Of a DNA stretch of 64,000 nt, positions 39,330 to 54,500 are shown in pieces; positions within the stretch are counted from its first letter, which is position 1; each line of letters starts with the position of its first letter. A program made the position numbers and the translations under genes. The stretch comes from Eledone cirrhosa (Eukaryota), in contig OZ024741.1 of NCBI GenBank assembly GCA_964016885.1, forward strand, positions 415,338,001-415,402,000, given 5' to 3'. The notes under the pieces are model-generated. The model searched no databases and was not told where the DNA came from. It worked only from the letters and a program-made list of their open reading frames with translations.

Positions 39330-42300
39330 TTACCAACCTGGTCAACACTAACCAGGACTATTACCTACAGTTGTCTTAAACCTTTAGTTTCCAACCTGGT
39401 CAACACAGACCAGGACTATTACCTACAGTTGTCTTAACCCTTTAGTTACCAACCCAGTCAACACTAACCAGGACGATTACCTACAGTTCTCTTAACCCTT
39501 TAGTTACCAACCTGGTCAACACTGACCAGCACTATTATCTACAGTTGTCTTAAGCCTTTAGTTAACAGTCTGGTCAACACTGACCGGCACTATTATCTAC
39601 AGTTGTCTTAACCCTTTAGTTACCAGTCTAGTCAACACTGACCAGCACTATTATCTACAGTTGTCGTAACACTTTAGTTACCAATCTGGTCAACACTTAC
39701 CAGGACTATTACCTACAGTTGATGTAACCCTTTAGTTACCAACCTGGTCAACACTAACCAGGACTATTACCTACAGTTGTCTTAACCCTTTAAATTCCAA
39801 CCTGGTCAACACTGACCAGGACTATTACCTACAGTTGATGTAACCCTTTAGTTACCAACCTGGTCAACACTAACCAGGACTATTACCTACAGTTGTCTTA
39901 ACCCTTTAAATTCCAACCTGGTCAACACTGACCAGGACTATTGCCTACAGTTGTCTTAACCCTTTAGTTACCAACCTGGTCAACACTGACCAGGACTATT
40001 GCCTACATTTGTCTTAACCCTTTAGTTACCAACCTGGTCAACACTGACCAGAACTATTGCCTACAGTTGTCTTAACCCTTTAGTTACCAACCTGGTCAAC
40101 ACTGACCAGGACTATTACCTACAGTTGTCTTAACCCTTTAGTTACCAACCTCGTCAACACTGACCAGGACTATTACCTACAGTTCTCTTAACCCTTTAGT
40201 TACCAGTCTGGTCAACACTGACCTGCACTATTATCTACAGTTGTCTTAACCCTTTAGTTACCAACCTGGTCAACATTTACCAGGACTATTACCTACAGTT
40301 GTCTTAACCCTTTAGTTACCAACCTGGTCAACACTGACCAGGACTATTACCTACAGTTGTCTTAACCCTTTAGTTACCAACCTGGTCAACACTTACCAGG
40401 ACTATTACCTACAGTTGTCTTAACCCTTTAGTTACCAACCTGGTCAACACTAACCAGGACTATTACCTACAGGTGTCTTAACCCTTTAGTTACCAACCTG
40501 GTCAACACTAACCAGGACTATTACCTACAGTTGTCTTAACCCTTTAGTTACCAACCTGGTCAACACTTACCAGGACTATTACCTACAGTTGTCTTAACCC
40601 TTTAGTTACAAACCTGGTCAATAATAACCAGGACTATTACCTACAGTTGTCTTAACCCTTTAGTTACCAACCTGGTCAAGACTGACCAGGACTATTACCT
40701 ACAGTTGTCTTAACCCTTTAGTTACTAACCTGGTCAACACTGACCAGGACTATTACCTACAGTTGTCCTAACCCTTTAGTTACCAATCTGGTCAACACTA
40801 ACCAGGACTATTATCTACAGTTGTCTTAACCCTTTAGTTACCAACCTGGTCAAAACTTACCAGGACTATTACCTACAGTTGTCTTAACCCTTTAGTTACC
40901 AACCTGGTCAACACTAACCAGGACTATTACCTACAGTTGTCTTAACCCTTTAGTTACCAACCTGGTCAACACTAACCAGGACTATTACCTACAGTTGTCT
41001 TAAACCTTTAGTTTCCAACCTGGTCAACACAGACCAGGACTATTACCTACAGTTGTCTTAACCCTTTAGTTACCAACCCAGTCAACACTAACCAGGACGA
41101 TTACCTACAGTTCTCTTAACCCTTTAGTTACCAACCTGGTCAACACTGACCAGCACTATTATCTACAGTTGTCTTAAGCCTTTAGTTAACAGTCTGGTCA
41201 ACACTGACCGGCACTATTATCTACAGTTGTCTTAACCCTTTAGTTACCAGTCTAGTCAACACTGACCAGCACTATTATCTACAGTTGTCGTAACACTTTA
41301 GTTACCAATCTGGTCAACACTTACCAGGACTATTACCTACAGTTGATGTAACCCTTTAGTTACCAACCTGGTCAACACTAACCAGGACTATTACCTACAG
41401 TTGTCTTAACCCTTTAAATTCCAACCTGGTCAACACTGACCAGGACTATTACCTACAGTTGATGTAACCCTTTAGTTACCAACCTGGTCAACACTAACCA
41501 GGACTATTACCTACAGTTGTCTTAACCCTTTAAATTCCAACCTGGTCAACACTGACCAGGACTATTGCCTACAGTTGTCTTAACCCTTTAGTTACCAACC
41601 TGGTCAACACTGACCAGGACTATTGCCTACATTTGTCTTAACCCTTTAGTTACCAACCTGGTCAACACTGACCAGAACTATTGCCTACAGTTGTCTTAAC
41701 CCTTTAGTTACCAACCTGGTCAACACTGACCAGGACTATTACCTACAGTTGTCTTAACCCTTTAGTTACCAACCTCGTCAACACTGACCAGGACTATTAC
41801 CTACAGTTCTCTTAACCCTTTAGTTACCAGTCTGGTCAACACTGACCTGCACTATTATCTACAGTTGTCTTAACCCTTTAGTTACCAACCTGGTCAACAT
41901 TTACCAGGACTATTACCTACAGTTGTCTTAACCCTTTAGTTACCAACCTGGTCAACACTGACCAGGACTATTACCTACAGTTGTCTTAACCCTTTAGTTA
42001 CCAACCTGGTCAACACTTACCAGGACTATTACCTACAGTTGTCTTAACCCTTTAGTTACCAACCTGGTCAACACTAACCAGGACTATTACCTACAGGTGT
42101 CTTAACCCTTTAGTTACCAACCTGGTCAACACTAACCAGGACTATTACCTACAGTTGTCTTAACCCTTTAGTTACCAACCTGGTCAACACTTACCAGGAC
42201 TATTACCTACAGTTGTCTTAACCCTTTAGTTACAAACCTGGTCAATAATAACCAGGACTATTACCTACAGTTGTCTTAACCCTTTAGTTACCAACCTGGT

Positions 42301-42580
42301 CAAGACTGACCAGGACTATTACCTACAGTTGTCTTAACCCTTTAGTTACTAACCTGGTCAACACTGACCAGGACTATTACCTACAGTTGTCCTAACCCTT
42401 TAGTTACCAATCTGGTCAACACTAACCAGGACTATTATCTACAGTTGTCTTAACCCTTTAGTTACCAACCTGGTCAAAACTTACCAGGACTATTACCTAC
42501 AGTTGTCTTAACCCTTTAGTTACCAACCTGGTCAACACTAACCAGGACTATTACCTACAGTTGTCTTAACCCTTTAGTTA
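39330..42580. repeat. Tandem duplication of 1624 bp (28 monomers)
   Basis: AAACCTTTAGTTTCC occurs at 39378/41002. The CCTCGTC, GACCTGCAC, CAAGACT and CAAAACTT variants are all doubled in the same order. Confidence 0.85.
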
Positions 42581-45500
42581 CCAGTCTGGTCAACACTAAC
42601 CAGGACTATTACCTACAGTTGTCTTAACACTTTAGTTACCAATCTGGTCAACACTGACCAGGACTATTACCTACAGTTCTCTTAACCCTTTAGTTACCAG
42701 CCTGGTCAACACTGACCAGCACTATTATCTACAGTTGTCTTAACCCTTTGGTTACCAACCTGGTCAACACTGACCAGCACTATTATGTACAGTTGTCGTA
42801 ACCCTTTAGTTACCAACCTGGTCAACACTGACCAGGACTATTACCTACAGTTGTCTTAACCCTTTAGTTACCAACCTGGTCAACACTGACCAGAACTATT
42901 AGCTACAGTTGTCTTAACCCTTTAGTTACCAACCTGGTCAACACTAACCAGGACTATTACCTACAGTTGTCTTAACCCTTTAGTTACCAACCTGGTCAAC
43001 ACTTACCAGGACTATTACCTACAGTTGTCTTAACCCTTTAGTTACAAACCTTTTCAACAATAACCAGGACTATTACCTACAGTTGTCTTAACCCTTTAGT
43101 TACCAACCTGGTCAACACTGACCAGAACTATTACCTACAGTTGTCTTAACCCTTTAGTTACTAACCTGGTCAACACTGACCAGGACTATTACCTACAGTT
43201 GTCTTAACCCTTTAGTTCCCAACCTGGTCAACACTTACCAGGACTATTACCTACAGTTGTCTTAACCCTTTAGTTACCAACCTGGTCAACACTAACCAGG
43301 ACTATTACCTACAGTTGTCTTAACCCTTTAGTTACCAGTCTGGTCAACACTAACCAGGACTATTACCTACAGTTGTCTTAACACTTTAGTTACCAATCTG
43401 GTCAACACTGACCAGGACTATTACCTACAGTTCTCTTAACCCTTTAGTTACCAGCCTGGTCAACACTGACCAGCACTATTATCTACAGTTGTCTTAACCC
43501 TTTGGTTACCAACCTGGTCAACACTGACCAGCACTATTATCTACAGTTGTCGTAACCCTTTAGTTACCAACCTGGTCAACACTGACCAGGACTATTACCT
43601 ACAGTTGTCTTAACCCTTTAGTTACCAACCTGGTCAACACTGACCAGAACTATTAGCTACAGTTGTCTTAACCCTTTAGTTACCAACCTGGTCAACACTA
43701 ACCAGGACTATTACCTACAGTTGTCTTAACCCTTTAGTTACCAACCTGGTCAACACTTACCAGGACTATTACCTACAGTTGTCTTAACCCTTTAGTTACA
43801 AACCTGGTCAACAATAACCAGGACTATTACCTACAGTTGTCTTAACCCTTTAGTTACCAACCTGGTCAACACTGACCAGGACTTACCTACAGTTGTCTTA
43901 ACCCTTTAGTTACTAACCTGGTCAACACTGACCAGGACTATTACCTACAGTTGTCTTAACCCTTTAGTTACCAACCTGGTCAACACTTACCAGGACTATT
44001 ACCTACAGTTGTCTTAACCCTTTAGTTACCAACCTGGTCAACACTAACCAGGACTATTACCTACAGTTGTCTTAACCCTTTAGTTACCTGTCTGGTCAAC
44101 ACTAACCAGGACTATTACCTAGAGTTGTCTTAACACTTTAGTTACCAATCTGGTCAACACTGACCAGGACTATTACCTACAGTTCTCTTAACCCTTTAGT
44201 TACCAGCCTGGTCAACACTGACCAGCACTATTATCTACAGTTGTCTTAACCCTTTGGTTACCAACCTGGTCAACACTGACCAGCACTATTATCTACAGTT
44301 GTCGTAACCCTTTAGTTACCAACCTGGTCAACACTGACCAGGACTATTACCTACAGTTGTCTTAACCCTTTAGTTACTAACCTGGTCAACACTGACCAGG
44401 ACTATTACCTACAGTTGTCTTAACCCTTTAGTTACCAACCTGGTCAACACTTACCAGGACTATTACCTACAGTTGTCTTAACCCTTTAGTTACCAACCTG
44501 GTCAACACTAACCAGGACTATTACCTACACTTGTCTTAACCCTTTAGTTACCAGTCTGGTCAACACTAACCAGGACTATTACCTACAGTTGTCTTAACAC
44601 TTTAGTTACCAATCTGGTCAACACTGACCAGGACTATTACCTACAGTTCTCTTAACCCTTTAGTTACCAGCCTGGTCAACACTGACCAGCACTATTATCT
44701 ACAGTTGTCTTAACCCTTTGGTTACCAACCTGGTCAACACTGACCAGGACTATTACCTACAGTTGTCGTAACCCTTTAGTTACCAACCTGGTCAACACTG
44801 ACCAGGACTATTACCTACAGTTGTCTTAACCCTTTAGTTACCAACCTGGTCAACACTGACTAGAACTATTAGCTACAGTTGTCTTAACCCTTTAGTTACC
44901 AACCTGGTCAACACTAACCAGGACTATTACCTACAGTTGTCTTAACCCTTTAGTTACCAACCTGGTCAACACTTACCAGGACTATTACCTACAGTTGTCT
45001 TAACCCTTTAGTTACCAACCTGGTCAACACTGACCAGGACTATTACCTACAGTTGTCTTAACCCTTTAGTTACTAACCTGGTCAACACTGACCAGGACTA
45101 TTACCTAGAGTTGTCCTAACCCTTTAGTTACCAATCTGGTCAACACTAACCAGGACTATTATCTACAGTTGTCTTAACCCTTTAGTTACCAACCTGGTCA
45201 ACACTTACCAGGACTATTACCTACAGTTGTCTTAACCCTTTAGTTACCAACCTGGTCAACACTAACCAGGACTATTACCTACAGTTGTCTTAACCCTTTA
45301 GTTACCAGTCTGGTCAACACTAACCAGGACTATTACCTACAGTTGTCTTAACACTTTAGTTACCAATCTGGTCAACACTGACCAGGACTATTACCTACAG
45401 TTCTCTTAACCCTTTAGTTACCAGCCTGGTCAACACTGACCAGCACTATTATCTACAGTTGTCTTAACCCTTTGGTTACCAACCTGGTCAACACTGACCA

Positions 45501-48500
45501 GCACTATTATGTACAGTTGTCGTAACCCTTTAGTTACCAACCTGGTCAACACTGACCGGGACTATTACCTACAGTTGTCTTAACCCTTTAGTTACCAACC
45601 TGGTCAACACTGACCAGAACTATTAGCTACAGTTGTCTTAACCCTTTAGTTACCAACCTGGTCAACACTAACCAGGACTATTACCTACAGTTGTCTTAAC
45701 CCTTTAGTTACCAACCTGGTCAACACTTACCAGGACTATTACCTACAGTTGTCTTAACCCTTTAGTTACAAACCTGGTCAACAATAACCAGGACTATTAC
45801 CTACAGTTGTCTTAACCCTTTAGTTACCAACCTGGTCAACACTGACCAGGACTATTACCTACAGTTGTCTTAACCCTTTAGTTACTAACCTGGTCAACAC
45901 TGACCAGGACTATTACCTACAGTTGTCTTAACGCTTTAGTTACCAACCTGGTCAACACTTACCAGGACTATTACCTACAGTTGTCTTAACCCTTTAGTTA
46001 CCAACCTGGTCAACACTAACCAGGACTATTACCTACAGTTGTCTTAACCCTTTAGTTACCAACCTGGTCAACACTGACCAGGACTATTACCTACAGTTGT
46101 CTTAACCCTTTAGTTACTAACCTGGTCAACACTGACCAGCACTATTATCTACAGTTGTCGTAACACTTTAGTTACCAACCTGGTCAACACTTACCAGGAC
46201 TATTACCTACAGTTGTCTTAACACTTTAGTTACCAACCTGGTCAACACTTACCAGGACTATTACCTACAGTTGTCTTATCCCTTTAGTTACCAACCTGGT
46301 CAACACTGACCAGGACTATTACCTACAGTTGTCTTAACCCTTTAGTTACCAACCTGGTCAACACTGACCAGGACTATTACCTACAGTTGTCTTAACACTT
46401 TAGTTACCAATCTGGTCAACACTGACCAGGACTATTACCTACAGTTCTCTTAACCCTTTAGTTACCAGCCTGGTCAACACTGACCAGCACTATTATCTAC
46501 AGTTGTCTTAACCCTTTGGTTACCAACCTGGTCAACACTGACCAGCACTATTATGTACAGTTGTCGTAACCCTTTAGTTACCAACCTGGTCAACACTGAC
46601 CGGGACTATTACCTACAGTTGTCTTAACCCTTTAGTTACCAACCTGGTCAACACTGACCAGAACTATTAGCTACAGTTGTCTTAACCCTTTAGTTACCAA
46701 CCTGGTCAACACTAACCAGGACTATTACCTACAGTTGTCTTAACCCTTTAGTTACCAACCTGGTCAACACTTACCAGGACTATTACCTACAGTTGTCTTA
46801 ACCCTTTAGTTACAAACCTGGTCAACAATAACCAGGACTATTACCTACAGTTGTCTTAACCCTTTAGTTACCAACCTGGTCAACACTGACCAGGACTATT
46901 ACCTACAGTTGTCTTAACCCTTTAGTTACTAACCTGGTCAACACTGACCAGGACTATTACCTACAGTTGTCTTAACGCTTTAGTTACCAACCTGGTCAAC
47001 ACTTACCAGGACTATTACCTACAGTTGTCTTAACCCTTTAGTTACCAACCTGGTCAACACTAACCAGGACTATTACCTACAGTTGTCTTAACCCTTTAGT
47101 TACCAACCTGGTCAACACTGACCAGGACTATTACCTACAGTTGTCTTAACCCTTTAGTTACTAACCTGGTCAACACTGACCAGCACTATTATCTACAGTT
47201 GTCGTAACACTTTAGTTACCAACCTGGTCAACACTTACCAGGACTATTACCTACAGTTGTCTTAACACTTTAGTTACCAACCTGGTCAACACTTACCAGG
47301 ACTATTACCTACAGTTGTCTTATCCCTTTAGTTACCAACCTGGTCAACACTGACCAGGACTATTACCTACAGTTGTCTTAACCCTTTAGTTACCAACCTG
47401 GTCAACACTGACCAGGACTATTACCTACAGTTGTCTTAAACCTTTAGTTTCCAACCTGGTCAACACTGACCAGGAATATTACCTGCAGTTGTCTTAACCC
47501 TTTAGTTACCAACCTGGTCAACACTGACCAGGACTATTGCCTAAAGTTGTCTTAACCCTTTAGTTAAGTTACCAACCTGGTCAATAGTGACCAGAACTAT
47601 TACCTACAGTTGTCTTAACCCTTTAGTTACCAACCTGGTCAACACTGACCAGGACTATTACCTACAGTTGTCTTGACTCTTTAGTTTCCAACCTGGTCAA
47701 CACTGACCAGGACTATTACCTTCAGTTGTCTTAACCCTTTAGTTACCAGTCTGGTCAACCCTGACCAGCACTATTATCTACAGTTGTCTTAACCCTTTAG
47801 TTACCACTCTGGTCAACACTGACCAGCACTATTATCTACAGTTGTCTTGACACTTTAGTTACCAGTCTGGTCAACACTGACCAGGACTATTACCTACAGT
47901 TGTCGTAACACTTTAGTTATCAACCTAGTCAACACTAACCAGGACTATTATCTACAGTTGTCGTAACACTTTAGTTACCAAACTGGTCAACACTTACCAT
48001 GACTATTACCTACAGTTGTCTTAACACTTTAGTTACCAGCCTGGTCAACACTTACCAGGACTATTACCTACAGTTGTCTTAACCCTTTAGTTACCAACCT
48101 AGTCAACACTAACCAGGACTATTAACTACAGTTGTCTTGACCCTTTAGTTACCAACCTGGTCAACATTGACCAGGACTATTACCTACAGTTGTCTTAACC
48201 CTTTAGTTACCAACCTGGTCAACACTGACCAGGACTATTACCTACAGTTGTCTTAACCCTTTAGTTACCAACCTGGTCAACACTAACCAGGAATATTATC
48301 TACAGTTGTGTTAACCCTTTAGTTACCAACCTGGTCAACACTAACCAGGACTATTACCTACAGTTGTCTTAAACCTTTAGTTTCCAACCTGGTCAACACA
48401 GACCAGGACTATTACCTACAGTTGTCTTAACCCTTTAGTTACCAACCCAGTCAACACTAACCAGGACGATTACCTACAGTTCTCTTAACCCTTTAGTTAC

Positions 48501-51500
48501 CAACCTGGTCAACACTTACCAGCACTATTATCTACAGTTGTCTTAAGCCTTTAGTTAACAGTCTGGTCAACACTGACCAGCACTATTATCTACAGTTGTC
48601 TTAACCCTTTAGTTACCAGTCTAGTCAACACTGACCAGCACTATTATCTACAGTTGTCGTAACACTTTAGTTACCAACCTGGTCAACACTTACCAGGACT
48701 ATTACCTACAGTTGATGTAACCCTTTAGTTACCAACCTGGTCAACACTAACCAGGACTATTACCTACAGTTGTCTTAACCCTTTAAATTCCAACCTGGTC
48801 AACACTGACCAGGACTATTGCCTACAGTTGTCTTAACCCTTTAGTTACCAACCTGGTCAACACTGACCAGGACTATTGCCTACATTTGTCTTAACCCTTT
48901 AGTTACCAACCTGGTCAACACTGACCAGAACTATTGCCTACAGTTGTCTTAACCCTTTAGTTACCAACCTGGTCAACACTGACCAGGACTATTACCTACA
49001 GTTGTCTTAACCCTTTAGTTACCAACCTGGTCAACACTGACCAGGACTATTACCTACAGTTCTCTTAACCCTTTAGTTACCAGTCTGGTCAACACTGACC
49101 AGCACTATTATCTACAGTTGTCTTAACCCTTTAGTTACCAACCTGGTCAACATTTACCAGGACTATTACCTACAGTTGTCTTAACCCTTTAGTTACCAAC
49201 CTGGTCAACACTGACCAGGACTATTACCTACAGTTGTCTTAACCCTTTAGTTACCAACCTGGTCAACACTTACCAGGACTATTACCTACAGTTGTCTTAA
49301 CCCTTTAGTTACCAACCTGGTCAACACTAACCAGGACTATTACCTACAGGTGTCTTAACCCTTTAGTTACCAACCTGGTCAACACTAACCAGGACTATTA
49401 CCTACAGTTGTCTTAACCCTTTAGTTACCAACCTGGTCAACACTTACCAGGACTATTACCTACAGTTGTCTTAACCCTTTAGTTACAAACCTGGTCAATA
49501 ATAACCAGGACTATTACCTACAGTTGTCTTAACCCTTTAGTTACCAACCTGGTCAAGACTGACCAGGACTATTACCTACAGTTGTCTTAACCCTTTAGTT
49601 ACTAACCTGGTCAACACTGACCAGGACTATTACCTACAGTTGTCCTAACCCTTTAGTTACCAATCTGGTCAACACTAACCAGGACTATTATCTACAGTTG
49701 TCTTAACACTTTAGTTACCAACCTGGTCAAAACTTACCAGGACTATTACCTACAGTTGTCTTAACCCTTTAGTTACCAACCTGGTCAACACTAACCAGGA
49801 CTATTACCTACAGTTGTCTTAACCCTTTAGTTACCAGTCTGGTCAACACTAACCAGGACTATTACCTACAGTTGTCTTAACACTTTAGTTACCAATCTGG
49901 TCAACACTGACCAGGACTATTACCTACAGTTCTCTTAACCCTTTAGTTACCAGCCTGGTCAACACTGACCAGCACTATTATCTACAGTTGTCTTAACCCT
50001 TTGGTTACCAACCTGGTCAACACTGACCAGCACTATTATGTACAGTTGTCGTAACCCTTTAGTTACCAACCTGGTCAACACTGACCAGGACTATTACCTA
50101 CAGTTGTCTTAACCCTTTAGTTACCAACCTGGTCAACACTGACCAGAACTATTAGCTACAGTTGTCTTAACCCTTTAGTTACCAACCTGGTCAACACTAA
50201 CCAGGACTATTACCTACAGTTGTCTTAACCCTTTAGTTACCAACCTGGTCAACACTTACCAGGACTATTACCTACAGTTGTCTTAACCCTTTAGTTACAA
50301 ACCTTTTCAACAATAACCAGGACTATTACCTACAGTTGTCTTAACCCTTTAGTTACCAACCTGGTCAACACTGACCAGAACTATTACCTACAGTTGTCTT
50401 AACCCTTTAGTTACTAACCTGGTCAACACTGACCAGGACTATTACCTACAGTTGTCTTAACCCTTTAGTTCCCAACCTGGTCAACACTTACCAGGACTAT
50501 TACCTACAGTTGTCTTAACCCTTTAGTTACCAACCTGGTCAACACTAACCAGGACTATTACCTACAGTTGTCTTAACCCTTTAGTTACCAGTCTGGTCAA
50601 CACTAACCAGGACTATTACCTACAGTTGTCTTAACACTTTAGTTACCAATCTGGTCAACACTGACCAGGACTATTACCTACAGTTCTCTTAACCCTTTAG
50701 TTACCAGCCTGGTCAACACTGACCAGCACTATTATCTACAGTTGTCTTAACCCTTTGGTTACCAACCTGGTCAACACTGACCAGCACTATTATCTACAGT
50801 TGTCGTAACCCTTTAGTTACCAACCTGGTCAACACTGACCAGGACTATTACCTACAGTTGTCTTAACCCTTTAGTTACCAACCTGGTCAACACTGACCAG
50901 AACTATTAGCTACAGTTGTCTTAACCCTTTAGTTACCAACCTAGTCAACACTAACCAGGACTATTACCTACAGTTGTCTTAACCCTTTAGTTACCAACCT
51001 GGTCAACACTTACCAGGACTATTACCTACAGTTGTCTTAACCCTTTAGTTACAAACCTGGTCAACAATAACCAGGACTATTACCTACAGTTGTCTTAACC
51101 CTTTAGTTACCAACCTGGTCAACACTGACCAGGACTTACCTACAGTTGTCTTAACCCTTTAGTTACTAACCTGGTCAACACTGACCAGGACTATTACCTA
51201 CAGTTGTCTTAACCCTTTAGTTACCAACCTGGTCAACACTTACCAGGACTATTACCTACAGTTGTCTTAACCCTTTAGTTACCAACCTGGTCAACACTAA
51301 CCAGGACTATTACCTACAGTTGTCTTAACCCTTTAGTTACCTGTCTGGTCAACACTAACCAGGACTATTACCTAGAGATGTCTTAACACTTTAGTTACCA
51401 ATCTGGTCAACACTGACCAGGACTATTACCTACAGTTCTCTTAACCCTTTAGTTACCAGCCTGGTCAACACTGACCAGCACTATTATCTACAGTTGTCTT

Positions 51501-54500
51501 AACCCTTTGGTTACCAACCTGGTCAACACTGACCAGCACTATTATCTACAATTGTCGTAACCCTTTAGTTACCAACCTGGTCAACACTGACCAGGACTAT
51601 TACCTACAGTTGTCTTAACCCTTTAGTTACCAACCTGGTCAACACTAACCAGGACTATTACCTACAGTTGTCTTAACCCTTTAGTTACCAACCTGGTCAA
51701 CACTTACCAGGACTATTACCTACTGTTGTCTTAACCCTTTAGTTACAAACCTGGTCAACAATAACCAGGACTATTACCTACAGTTGTCTTAACCCTTTAG
51801 TTACCAACCTGGTCAACACTGACCAGGACTATTACCTACAGTTGTCTTAACCCTTTAGTTACTAACCTGGTCAACACTGACCAGGACTATTACCTACAGT
51901 TGTCCTAACCCTTTAGTTACCAATCTGGTCAACACTAGCCAGGACTATTATCTACAGTTGTCTTAACCCTTTAGTTACCAACCTGGTCAACACTTACCAG
52001 GACTATTACCTACAGTTGTCTTAACCCTTTAGTTACCAACCTGGTCAACACTTACCAGGACTATTACCTACAGTTGTCTTAACCCTTTAGTTACAAACCT
52101 GGTCAACACTGACCAGGACTATTACCTACAGGTGTCTTAACCCTTTAGTTACTAACCTGGTCAACACTGACCAGGACTATTACCTACAGTTGTCCTAACC
52201 CTTTAGTTACCAATCTGGTCAACACTAACCAGGACTATTATCTACAGTTGTCTTAACCCTTTAGTTACCAACCTGGTCAACACTTACCAGGACTATTACC
52301 TACAGTTGCCTTAACCCTTTAGTTACCAACCTGGTCAACACTAACCAGGACTATTACCTACAGTTGTCTTAATCCTTTAGTTACCAGTCTGGTCAACACT
52401 AACTAGGACTATTACCTACAGTTGTCTTAACAATTTAGTTACCAATCTGGTCAACACTGACCAGGACTATTACCTACAGTTCTCTTAACCCTTTAGTTAC
52501 CAGCCCGGTCAACACTGACCAGCACTATTATCTACAGTTGTCTTAACCCTTTGGTTACCAACCTGGTCAACACTGACCAGCACTATTATGTACAGTTGTC
52601 TTAACCCTTTAGTTACCAACCTGGTCAACACTGACCAGGACTATTACCTACAGTTGTCTTAACCCTTTAGTTACCAACCTGCTCAACACTGACCAGAACT
52701 ATTAGCTACAGTTGTCTTAACCCTTTAGTTCCCAACCTGGTCAACACTTACCAGGACTATTACCTACAGTTGTCTTAACCCTTTAGTTACCAACCTGGTC
52801 AACACTAACCAGGACTATTACCTACAGTTGTCTTAACCCTTTAGTTACCAGTCTGGTCAACACTAACCAGGACTATTACCTACAGTTGTCTTAACACTTT
52901 AGTTACCAATCTGGTCAACACTGACCAGGACTATTACCTACAGTTCTCTTAACCCTTTAGTTACCAGCCTGGTCAACACTGACCAGCACTATTATCTACA
53001 GTTGTCTTAACCCTTTGGTTACCAACCTGGTCAACACTGACCAGCACTATTATCTACAGTTGTCGTAACCCTTTAGTTACCAACCTGGTCAACACTGACC
53101 AGGACTATTACCTACAGTTGTCTTAACCCTTTAGTTACCAACCTGGTCAACACTGACCAGAACTATTAGCTACAGTTGTCTTAACCCTTTAGTTACCAAC
53201 CTGGTCAACACTAACCAGGACTATTACCTACAGTTGTCTTAACCCTTTAGTTACCAACCTGGTCAACACTTACCAGGACTATTACCTACAGTTGTCTTAA
53301 CCCTTTAGTTACAAACCTGGTCAACAATAACCAGGACTATTACCTACAGTTGTCTTAACCCTTTAGTTACTAACCTGGTCAACACTGACCAGGACTATTA
53401 CCTACAGTTGTCTTAACCCTTTAGTTACCAACCTGGTCAACACTTACCAGGACTATTACCTACAGTTGTCTTAACCCTTTAGTTACCAACCTGGTCAACA
53501 CTAACCAGGACTATTACCTACAGTTGTCTTAACCCTTTAGTTACCTGTCTGGTCAACACTAACCAGGACTATTACCTAGAGTTGTCTTAACACTTTAGTT
53601 ACCAATCTGGTCAACACTGACCAGGACTATTACCTACAGTTCTCTTAACCCTTTAGTTACCAGCCTGGTCAACACTGACCAGCACTATTATCTACAGTTG
53701 TCTTAACCCTTTGGTTACCAACCTGGTCAACACTGACCAGCACTATTATCTACAGTTGTCGTAACCCTTTAGTTACCAACCTGGTCAACACTGACCAGGA
53801 CTATTACCTACAGTTGTCTTAACCCTTTAGTTACTAACCTGGTCAACACTGACCAGGACTATTACCTACAGTTGTCTTAACCCTTTAGTTACCAACCTGG
53901 TCAACACTTACCAGGACTATTACCTACAGTTGTCTTAACCCTTTAGTTACCAACCTGGTCAACACTAACCAGGACTATTACCTACACTTGTCTTAACCCT
54001 TTAGTTACCAGTCTGGTCAACACTAACCAGGACTATTACCTACAGTTGTCTTAACACTTTAGTTACCAATCTGGTCAACACTGACCAGGACTATTACCTA
54101 CAGTTCTCTTAACCCTTTAGTTACCAGCCTGGTCAACACTGACCAGCACTATTATCTACAGTTGTCTTAACCCTTTGGTTACCAACCTGGTCAACACTGA
54201 CCAGCACTATTATCTACAGTTGTCGTAACCCTTTAGTTACCAACCTGGTCAACACTGACCAGGACTATTACCTACAGTTGTCTTAACCCTTTAGTTACCA
54301 ACCTGGTCAACACTGACTAGAACTATTAGCTACAGTTGTCTTAACCCTTTAGTTACCAACCTGGTCAACACTAACCAGGACTATTACCTACAGTTGTCTT
54401 AACCCTTTAGTTACCAACCTGGTCAACACTTACCAGGACTATTACCTACAGTTGTCTTAACCCTTTAGTTACAAACCTGGTCAACAATAACCAGGACTAT